DNA from: Methanococcus maripaludis
GTDB lineage: Archaea; AGJL01; Methanococci; Methanococcales; Methanococcaceae
DNA length: 32,000 nucleotides
Direction: 5' to 3'
NCBI RefSeq assembly: GCF_002945325.1
Contig: NZ_CP026606.1
Location: 1,620,001 to 1,652,000, forward strand
Shown here: piece by piece, positions 8,081-16,244 of the stretch
Layout: each line of letters opens with the position of its first letter
Position numbering within the stretch: the stretch's first letter is position 1
Translations under genes and position numbers: made by a program
The notes under the pieces: generated by a model
The model's input: only the letters and a program-made list of their open reading frames with translations
Told to the model about the DNA's origin: nothing
Database searches by the model: none

Positions 8081-11000
8081 TTGATAAAAAAAATGTCTAT
8101 TACTATGTTTACTGCTTTTTGCAGTAGGAAATGTTAATGCGGCAGAGATATCCGATTATTCAAATCAGACTGATGTTGATATGGGCGGATGGACAGCTCA
8201 CGCGTTTATAGTTATTGATAAACCGGGTGAATATACGGTAACAACAGGTTTTGCAAACAATTCATTGGATAGCAATAGTATTGTATTTTTAATTAACAAT
8301 ACTGAAAATGTTACACTCGATTGTAACGAAATGTCTTTTACAACCAACACAACAAACTCAAGTATTCTGGTTTACGCTTACAATTCAAGCAATATTGTAG
8401 TTAAAAACATGAATGCTAACTGGTCTAAAGATACAATTATTTTTGAAAATGTTAATGATTCAACAATTGAAAACTCAGAAATTATTACTGAAGGCTATTC
8501 AATCAAGTTAGAAGATTCTTACGGAGCTACGATTTCAGGAAATGACATTACCGTTGCAAATGGTGAATACTACGGTATTTATGTTGACGGAAATCTTGAA
8601 AACGGCACTATTTTTGGAAATACAATTAATGTTACAAATAACAACAATGTTTGTGGTATCTACACAGTATCAAATATTACAAACAGCGTAATTTCAGGAA
8701 ATACCATTACAGTAAATACAGACCGTAATGCTTACGCTATTTGCGCTGATGAATATATTGTGGACTCAACGATTGAAAATAACGTAATCGATTTAGTTGC
8801 TGGCGATGATGGATATACTGAAGCTTTAGGTATTAGTGCCTACGACGAAGATATTCTCAATACCACAATTTCAGGAAATAACATTACAGCAGAGGCATAC
8901 TGGTGGGCCTGCGGTATTGACGCATACTATGTTATGTACTCAGAAATTGAAAATAACGTAATCAATGTTACTGCAAGGGGCAATGATGAGGTATACGCTG
9001 ACGGTATCTATGCAGATTATAATATTACCAACAACGTAATTTCAGGAAATAATATTACGGCATACTCAAACGACTGGGCTTGTGGTATTGACGCATACTC
9101 CGGTGACATCGTAGACTCAACAATCGAAGATAACGTAATCGACGTTTATGTCTATGATTATTATAACTACGGTGAAGCATTTGGTATCTACGCATATTAT
9201 AATATCAACAACACCGAAATTTTAAGAAATACACTCACAGCAAACGCATCGTACGAAGCTTACGGTATTTGCACATCTGATAATGATATCGTAGACTCAA
9301 CAATCGAAGATAACGTAATCGACCTTATCGCTAATGGTGAGTATTTCTACGAAAATCTTTACGCCTATACTTACGCTATTTGCGCAGATGATTATATCAA
9401 CAACAGCGTAATTTCAAGAAATATTATCACAGCAGAATCATGCTACGAAACTGATGGTATCGAAGCATACGATGAGAGTATAATAGATTCAACAATCGAA
9501 GATAACGTAATCGACCTTATCGCTACTGGTGATTCTAATTATATTTACGCCATATATGCTGATGAATACACGATAAACTCAAGCATCTCTGGAAATACCA
9601 TTACAGCAAACGCATCCGACGAAGCTTTTGGTGTTTATTTATACTACTATGTTACAAATACCACAATTTCTGATAACCAAGTCACTATTATTTCAGAGAG
9701 TGACAGTGAAGATGAAGCTTACGGTATTTACCTTTACTATGGTGCAGAAACCAGCATTATATCAAGTAACTCGGTTATAACTTATGGAAATTACTCACAT
9801 GGTATAGAATTCGATGATTATGGCGATATAATCAATGTAACAATTTCCGACAACACCATTACAACGTACGGTGAAGATGCTTATGGTATAAGTATCGAGT
9901 ACGACATGTATGACAGCATAATTACAGGAAATACTGTGAATACATTTGGAAATGATTCTTACGGTATTTACACTTACTACGATATATATGACAGTAAAAT
10001 TTCCGACAACACCATTACAACGTACGGTGATTATGCCTATGGTATAGAATTGTATGATGATGATTACTACAATGTAACGTTGGCGCAAAATACGGTCACA
10101 ACGTACGGTGAAGATGCTTATGGTATAAGTATCGAGTACGACATGTATGACAGCATAATTACAGGAAATACTGTGAATACATTTGGAAATGATTCTTACG
10201 GTATTTACACGTACTACTCTGTTACAAATACGACAATTTCGAGTAACACAGTCACAACAGAAGGATCATGGGCTTACGGTATCTACATCTACGACGATCC
10301 ACTCATAGATTCGACAATTTCCGACAACGCAGTGACAACAGCCGGATACGAAGCTTACGGTATTTACATTGAATATGGGGCTGAAAACAGCAATATCTCA
10401 GGTAACACGGTTATAACAAATGGTGAAGATACTTACGCTCTTTATTTATATGATGTAACAACTTCGTCCATATTTGAAAACACATTCACCTCAGGTGATT
10501 ATGCAATATACATTAACAGCTCAGAAGAAAACAGATTCTACTTAAATAACATTGATGGATTATTAAACAATGGAACAGACAACTACTTTGTTTCAAGTGA
10601 AACAATAACTTACAGCTACAATGGAAAATCATACACCAGTATTCTTGGAAACTATTGGGTAGGTTATGATGAATCTGATACGAATGGTGACGGTATAATC
10701 GATACACCATACACACTAAACGGTACAAATGATACAAAACCACTCGCTGACATGTGGAATGACGGTGAAATTGGAAACTACGTTGCACCATCAAGATCAT
10801 CCGGCGGTAGTGGAAGAAGTTACGATTCAGACATTTCAGATGAAATCGAATCAAAAGTTATTAAAAACTTCGTTTCAAGTGCAACCGTGCTCTTTGGAAA
10901 CGGAATTGATGAACAATATGCAGTTCAATTACGAGAAAGAGTAACCGATGCAAACGGCTACACAATTTCTGGAAATGCAGTAATTGTTGGTGGGCCAAAC

Positions 11001-11267
11001 GCAAATGGCTTTGCAAAAGAATACAACGACCAGTTTGAAATGCCAATTTCAAACGACTATCCTGGTGAAAACAGGGGAATTATTCAGGTTATGGATATTC
11101 AAGACAACTCTGGAACAATCATTAGAAGTTATACAATTGTATATATTGCAGGAAGTGACAGATTAGGAACACAAGCTGCTTTAGAATACTTTAAAACTTT
11201 GGATGAGTTGCCAGAAGGCCCAATCATGATTGAATGGACTGCAAATGGACCTGTAGTTGTTGAATAA
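8081..11267 (+). CDS. Secreted repetitive parallel beta-helix (NosD/periplasmic copper-binding-like) surface protein with S-layer-like C-terminus; 5' end requires frame correction at A8 tract (8086-8093)
   Basis: Track ORF starts 8181, but the frame is open back to 8088 and encodes a signal-peptide-like KKCLLLCLLLFAVGNVNAAEIS. The RBS ggggtga (8070-8076) and TTG (8081) lie in the other frame, separated by 8 As. Body has dozens of N-[TV]-I-[ST]-x-N repeats (TISGNNITA, STIEDNVIDL). C-terminal region …AVIVGGPNANGFAKEY…SYTIVYIAGSDRLGTQAALEYF resembles methanogen S-layer C-terminal domains. Confidence 0.82.
9108..9323 (+). repeat. 36-bp perfect direct repeat atcgtagactcaacaatcgaagataacgtaatcgac, two copies (9108-9143, 9288-9323)
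   Basis: Identical copies 180 bp (60 codons) apart within the beta-helix gene; a third partial copy begins at about 9489. Confidence 0.9.
9861..9973 (+). repeat. 113-bp perfect direct repeat, copy 1
   Basis: acaacgtacggtgaagatgcttatggtataagtatcgagtacgacatgtatgacagc…aatgattcttacggtatttacac; identical to 10098-10210. Confidence 0.95.
10098..10210 (+). repeat. 113-bp perfect direct repeat, copy 2
   Basis: Identical to 9861-9973, offset 237 bp = 79 codons, so phase is preserved. Confidence 0.95.
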
Positions 11268-11407
11268 CTTATTAAAAAAATAAAATTTTCTTTTTTTCTG
11301 ATTTTTAAATTGAATTTAAAACGAACAATTTCTTTATATATCATTTTCATATAATTTTTAAATACGATTATTGATTTTTGATTTAATTTTTATTTTAAAA
11401 TTTATGC

Positions 11408-12901
11408 GTGATACTTGTGAAGACTTTTACAATTACTGTAAAAAAAACAGAAGGATTTAAAAAATTTGAAGTTCCGGTAGGACTCACAGTTTTAGATGCT
11501 CTTGAATATATCAATAAAACTTACGGCGAAAATATTCAATTCAGGTCGTCATGTAAGGCCGGGCAGTGTGGAAGCTGTGCAGTGATGATAAATAAAAAAT
11601 CAAAGCTTGCATGTAAAACCAAAGTCGAAGATAATATGATTATCGAGCCTCTTGAAGGTTTTGACGTAATTTCCGACCTCGTAGTTGACAGAGAACCATA
11701 TTATAAAAAAATTGGAACACTTAGAAATTACATTCAAAAAAAGAATGAGAAAATTACCGAAAAAGAATTGGACGGGTTAAAATTATATCCTGATGATTTA
11801 AAGGATGTAAAAAAAATCAGGGGATGTATTGATTGTTTAAGCTGCATTGCAATGTGTCCTGCAAGAAAATATTCTAATTATCCCGGACCCACATTAATGA
11901 GACAGCTTGCAAGATTTGCATTTGACCCAAAAGACGAAATTGATAGAGAAAAGGAAGCATTTGACGAAAATATTTACAACTGTACAACTTGTGGACGCTG
12001 TGTTGAAGTCTGTCCAAAAGAGATAGATATTGTCCACAATGCAGTTGAAAAATTGCGGGAAAAAACATTTAAAAAAGGATACAATTTAGACAGCCACCTT
12101 GAAGTTAGAAAAAACGTGCTGTCACAAAATAGGTCAGTTCCAAAAGAAAAAACTTCATTTTTAGAAGAAGTTTCAGATGAATACATCGTAGAAAATGAAA
12201 AAATGAGGGTTGCATTTTTTACAGGATGCCTTGTTGATTTCAGACTTCAAGAAATTGGAAAAAGTGCAATAAGGGTTTTAAATGCACACGGGGTTTCCGT
12301 AATTATTCCTAAAAATCAAGTATGCTGTGGATCGCCATTTATTCGTACAGGTCAGACTGATATTTCAGAAAGTCTAAAAAAACAAAATCTTGAAATTTTT
12401 AATGATCTAAATGTTGATTCTGTAGTTACATTGTGTGCTGGTTGCGGAAGCACTTTAAAGAACGATTACAAAGAAAAAGAATTCAAAGTAATGGATATTA
12501 CGGAAGTTTTAGTTAAAGTTGGTTTAATTGATTACAAACCACTGGATATTACGGTAACATATCACGACCCATGCCACCTTAGGCGCGGTCAAAAAGTATA
12601 CCTCGAACCTCGTAAAATATTGGAAAGCATTCCAAAGCTGAAATTCCTTGAAATGGAAATTCCGGACCAGTGTTGTGGAGCAGGTGGCGGAGTAAGGTCT
12701 GGAAAACCTGAAGTAGCTGACGCAATAGGTAAAAGAAAAGCAAATATGATTTATGCAACTGATGCAGATTATTTAATTACCGTATGTCCGTTTTGTGAAT
12801 ACCACATAAGAGATAGTTTAACAAAATATCTTAAAGAACACGGGTTAAAAAAAGATATTCCTGTAATGAATATAATTTCACTGCTTGATAAAGTGATTTA
12901 A
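11408..12901 (+). CDS. tfrB: Thiol:fumarate reductase / succinate dehydrogenase iron-sulfur subunit B fused to CCG (HdrD/GlpC-like) domain
   Basis: N-terminal 2Fe-2S CxxxxCGxCxxxxxxxxxLAC (SSCKAGQCGSCAVMINKKSKLAC), two 4Fe-4S motifs (CIDCLSCIAMCP, CTTCGRCVEVCP), C-terminal CCG motifs (CCGSP…CHRRGQ-like; [14 protein letters not shown]). Confidence 0.9.
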   Translation: MILVKTFTITVKKTEGFKKFEVPVGLTVLDALEYINKTYGENIQFRSSCKAGQCGSCAVMINKKSKLACKTKVEDNMIIEPLEGFDVISDLVVDREPYYKKIGTLRNYIQKKNEKITEKELDGLKLYPDDLKDVKKIRGCIDCLSCIAMCPARKYSNYPGPTLMRQLARFAFDPKDEIDREKEAFDENIYNCTTCGRCVEVCPKEIDIVHNAVEKLREKTFKKGYNLDSHLEVRKNVLSQNRSVPKEKTSFLEEVSDEYIVENEKMRVAFFTGCLVDFRLQEIGKSAIRVLNAHGVSVIIPKNQVCCGSPFIRTGQTDISESLKKQNLEIFNDLNVDSVVTLCAGCGSTLKNDYKEKEFKVMDITEVLVKVGLIDYKPLDITVTYHDPCHLRRGQKVYLEPRKILESIPKLKFLEMEIPDQCCGAGGGVRSGKPEVADAIGKRKANMIYATDADYLITVCPFCEYHIRDSLTKYLKEHGLKKDIPVMNIISLLDKVI

Positions 12902-12919
12902 AACAAAAAATCAAATAAT

Positions 12920-13381
12920 TTATTCTTTTTTTATTTTTTCAGTAACTTCTATTCCATAAATTTGGGTGTCCGGGTACTGTCCAAATTCATCTTTTTCAAT
13001 TGCTTTTACCATGTCCCAAATCGTTAAAAGTGCAACAGAAACCCCTGTTAAACTCTCCATCTCGATTCCAGTTTTGTAAGTTGCTTTTACTCTTGTTTCT
13101 GCTTTTATTCTGTCTTCAAAAATCTCAAAGTTAACTTTTATAGATTCAATTGGAAGCGGGTGGCACATTGGAATGATATTTGAGGTGTTTTTAACTGCCA
13201 TAACCCCTGCAACCTGAGCAGTGGTTAAAACATCGCCTTTTATAAGTTCTTTTTTCGTAATTTTTTCAATGGTTGATTTTTTAAGTTTTATAAAACCAAC
13301 TGCTGTACAAATTCGTTCGACATCCTTTTTATTGGAAACATCGACCATTTTTACGCCATTTTCATCAACATGTGTAAGCAC
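12920..13381 (-). CDS. moaC: Cyclic pyranopterin monophosphate synthase (molybdenum cofactor biosynthesis protein C)
   Basis: [87 protein letters not shown] at 13379-13381 is the likely start; the track's N-terminal extension (to 13585) is not family-like and runs antisense into the neighbour. Confidence 0.92.
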   Translation of the reverse strand: MLTHVDENGVKMVDVSNKKDVERICTAVGFIKLKKSTIEKITKKELIKGDVLTTAQVAGVMAVKNTSNIIPMCHPLPIESIKVNFEIFEDRIKAETRVKATYKTGIEMESLTGVSVALLTIWDMVKAIEKDEFGQYPDTQIYGIEVTEKIKKE

Positions 13382-13490
13382 TATAATCGCCTTTTTTGAA
13401 TGAATAAAATAGATAACATTAAGAAAAAGAATATTCGTATATAGACATGTGATTTTATTTAAGTTATTTGATTTACACGTTGTGAAATTG

Positions 13491-13925
13491 ATGAAAATTG
13501 ATGGGCTTACTGAAAAAATACTTACACTGCTTAAAAAACACAGCACTACTCGAGAGATTGCAGCTGAACTTGAAACCCACCCCAAAAATATTGATAGATA
13601 TATCCGTGTATTAAGGGATCTCGGGTTTGTCGAAACTAAAAAAGGGAAAACCGGTGGAGTTTTTTTAACTAACGAAGGAAGGTACGTTTTAAAGAAAAAA
13701 AATATAAATTTAATTACAATTAAGGTTCAGGTAGTTGCAGAGGATAAAATAGGGCTTTTGGCAAGCATATCATCTAAAATTTCCGAGATAAATGGAAATA
13801 TTTTATCGACCACACTTGAAAAGGAAGGAAATAAAGTAAGGGTCTGGCTGGTTATAGAAAATCTTGAATTTAATGATTTAAAAGACAATTTAAAAGAAAT
13901 AACTGATAAAGTGGTGCTTTTATGA
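13491..13925 (+). CDS. Winged-HTH plus ACT-domain transcriptional regulator
   Basis: N-terminal HTH ([39 protein letters not shown]) and C-terminal ACT-like domain ([32 protein letters not shown]). Start could be GTG at about 13482 or ATG 13491 rather than the track's 13449. Confidence 0.72.
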   Translation: MKIDGLTEKILTLLKKHSTTREIAAELETHPKNIDRYIRVLRDLGFVETKKGKTGGVFLTNEGRYVLKKKNINLITIKVQVVAEDKIGLLASISSKISEINGNILSTTLEKEGNKVRVWLVIENLEFNDLKDNLKEITDKVVLL

Positions 13926-14485
13926 TCGAAGTTGAAATAAAGGTTAGTTTAAAAGACGAAGATTCTAAAAAAATACTCGAAAAACTAAAAAGTTTAGGTT
14001 TTGAAAAAGAAGAAACAAAAGAACAGGTTGATACATATTTTAACGGGATAGATCGGGATTTTCAGGTAACTGACGAGGCATTGAGGATAAGAAAATCTTT
14101 AAATCTTGATTCAAACAAAGGAACAATATATGTTACATACAAAGGTAAAAAATTAGATTCAATTTCAAAAACAAGAGAAGAAATTGAAGTAGAAATTTTG
14201 GACATGGATTTAATGTACAATATTTTTGAAAAACTTGGATTTAAACCAGTTCACCCGATCAGGAAAATAAGAAAAATTTACAAAAAAGAGGATATTGAAG
14301 TTTCATTTGACACCGTGGATTGTGTTGGGGATTATCTTGAAATCGAAAAAGTTGTAGATGATGATTCAAAAAGGGAGCAGGCTCTTTTAGAACTTTTAGA
14401 TTTACTGAAAAGTTTAAATATTAGTAATGATAAATTGGAAAAGAGATCTTATTTAGAATTATGGAGAGGGAACTGTGGAAAATAG
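13922..14485 (+). CDS. CYTH-domain class IV adenylate cyclase / triphosphatase family (CyaB-like)
   Basis: N-terminal EVEIKVSL (ExExK CYTH signature), YVTYKGKKLDSISKTREEIEVE, later KKEDIEVSFDTVDCVGDYLEIEK; 4-nt ATGA overlap with upstream gene. Confidence 0.82.
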   Translation: MIEVEIKVSLKDEDSKKILEKLKSLGFEKEETKEQVDTYFNGIDRDFQVTDEALRIRKSLNLDSNKGTIYVTYKGKKLDSISKTREEIEVEILDMDLMYNIFEKLGFKPVHPIRKIRKIYKKEDIEVSFDTVDCVGDYLEIEKVVDDDSKREQALLELLDLLKSLNISNDKLEKRSYLELWRGNCGK

Positions 14486-14555
14486 GAAATTGGTTGCATT
14501 ATTTATCGGATTGGCAATGATATGTTCTACGATCCCGCTGTTTTTTTTACATTAA
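14475..14555 (+). CDS. Candidate small hydrophobic protein, 26 aa (MENRKLVALFIGLAMICSTIPLFFLH), not in the supplied track
   Basis: GTG start at 14475 preceded by gagagggaact, overlapping the CYTH gene stop by 11 nt; hydrophobic core with a positively charged N-terminus, terminates at TAA 14553-14555. Confidence 0.4.
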   Translation: MENRKLVALFIGLAMICSTIPLFFLH

Positions 14556-14616
14556 TTTAATTTTTAAAACTTAACTTAATTTTTTTAACTAATTTAAAAA
14601 AAGTAAAAAAATGGAA

Positions 14617-16161
14617 TTAACCCATTAATTTGTTTATTCCATCGATAACTGCTTCTACTGATGCTTTAACAACGTCATCGCCAGTAGCTTTTGCTATAAC
14701 TTCTTTTTCTTGATTTTCAAGTCTAACTGTAACTTCTGCAATGGCGTCGGTTCCTCCAGAAATTGCGCTGATGTTGTATTCGTTTAATCGGATATTTTCA
14801 CCAACTGCTGCCTGAATTGCTTTTAGTGCAGCATCAACAGGTCCTACTCCAAGTTCAGATGTTTTATAAATCTTATCTTTTACTTTCAATGCAACGCTTG
14901 CAGTTGGAAGCACATTATTTCCAGTCATTACTGCAAACTGTTCTAAATCAACTATTCTTTCCGATTTGAGTGTTCTTTTCGTAATATCTTCTGCAATTGC
15001 CATTACATCTGCATCTGTTACGATTTTTCCTTTGTCGCCAATTGCTTTTACTCTTTCAACTATTTCATGAAACTGCTCTTCTGAAACAATTTCACCAACT
15101 TCAACACCGATTTCTGAGAGTTTTGATTTTATTGCATGAGCACCACTGTGTTTTCCAAGAACAATTCTACGTCTGTTTCCAACTATTTCTGGATCAATTG
15201 GTTCGTATGTTAAGGCATTTGCTAAAACACCGTGTGCGTGAATTCCACTTTCGTGTGCAAATGAATTTTCACCAACAATAGCTTTATTAGGTTGTGTTTT
15301 AATTCCGGTGTAGTGTGAAACCAGTTTTGAGAGTTTTGTTAACATTTTTGTATTTACATTAGTGTTAATTCCATAAACCATGTTTAATGTCATCACTGTT
15401 TCTTCTAATGATGCATTTCCTGCTCTTTCACCAAGGCCGTTTACAGTACAGTGCACCTGTTCGGCTCCAGCTTCAACTGCTGCAACAGAGTTTGATACCG
15501 CAATTCCAAAGTCGTTGTGGCAGTGTACAGATATTGGAACGTTTATATCGTTTTTTAATTCTTTTATTAAATAAGACATCGAATTTGGAACCATAACTCC
15601 AACGGTATCTGGAACATTTATCCTGTCAGCTCCAGCTTCAACTGCTTTTTTGTAAACTTCTTTTAAGTAATCAAGTTCCGTTCTTGTAGCATCTTCCGCG
15701 GAAAATTCTACAATTACACCGTGTTCTTTGATATATTCGATAGATTCAACTGCAATATCGATAATCTTTTCTTTACTCATTTTTAGTTTGTATTCCCTGT
15801 GCAGTGGAGAAGTAGCAATAAACGTGTGGATACTGTCAACTCCACAGTCAATTGCAATATCGATATCTTTTTTAACGGCTCTTGCAAGTCCGCAGATTTC
15901 TGCATCCAGCCCTAGAGACGTTATATTTTTAATAGATTCCTGTTCTCCTTCTGAAGAAACTGGAAAGCCTGCTTCTATTGCATCAACACCGATTTCACTT
16001 AGATTTTTTGCAATATCCATTTTTTGTTCAGGCATTAGGGAGACTCCTGGAGTTTGTTCTCCATCCCTTAGCGTAGTATCAAAAACACGTACTTTTTCTG
16101 GCAGTTTCATTGATTTTAGGGAGTTTTTGATAATTTCGTTGCTGTTTAAATAAGATTCCAT
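14617..16161 (-). CDS. leuA: 2-isopropylmalate synthase (LeuA/CimA/AksA family; LeuA most likely)
   Basis: [73 protein letters not shown]-terminal regulatory domain [18 protein letters not shown]. Start ATG (MESYLN) at 16161. Confidence 0.88.
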   Translation of the reverse strand: MESYLNSNEIIKNSLKSMKLPEKVRVFDTTLRDGEQTPGVSLMPEQKMDIAKNLSEIGVDAIEAGFPVSSEGEQESIKNITSLGLDAEICGLARAVKKDIDIAIDCGVDSIHTFIATSPLHREYKLKMSKEKIIDIAVESIEYIKEHGVIVEFSAEDATRTELDYLKEVYKKAVEAGADRINVPDTVGVMVPNSMSYLIKELKNDINVPISVHCHNDFGIAVSNSVAAVEAGAEQVHCTVNGLGERAGNASLEETVMTLNMVYGINTNVNTKMLTKLSKLVSHYTGIKTQPNKAIVGENSFAHESGIHAHGVLANALTYEPIDPEIVGNRRRIVLGKHSGAHAIKSKLSEIGVEVGEIVSEEQFHEIVERVKAIGDKGKIVTDADVMAIAEDITKRTLKSERIVDLEQFAVMTGNNVLPTASVALKVKDKIYKTSELGVGPVDAALKAIQAAVGENIRLNEYNISAISGGTDAIAEVTVRLENQEKEVIAKATGDDVVKASVEAVIDGINKLMG

Positions 16162-16244
16162 AAATATCACCATTACAATGGAGCAGAAATATTTGAATAA
16201 TATGATTTTAAAAAGAATTTAAAAATAATAGGGTAAAGAACTAT

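Noticed and set aside
9100-10210. Regularly spaced repeats considered as a CRISPR-like array
   Set aside because: Repeats are codon-phased, coding, and the spacers between them are themselves related repeats encoding beta-helix turns; no cas genes nearby.
9795-11350. Several short ORFs overlapping the beta-helix gene (9795-10088 -, 10513-10854 -, 10729-10944 +, 10861-11052 -, 10984-11166 +, 11129-11350 -)
   Set aside because: They overlap the coherent repeat protein frame and have no motifs or RBS; treated as spurious.
11408-12901. tfrB without adjacent tfrA considered as a broken operon
   Set aside because: The subunits are known to be unlinked in Methanococcus-type genomes, and the gene itself is intact.
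13382-13585. N-terminal extension of moaC in the track ([18 protein letters not shown]…)
   Set aside because: Not family-like, covers the divergent gene's promoter and 5' coding sequence; GTG at 13379-13381 is a better start.
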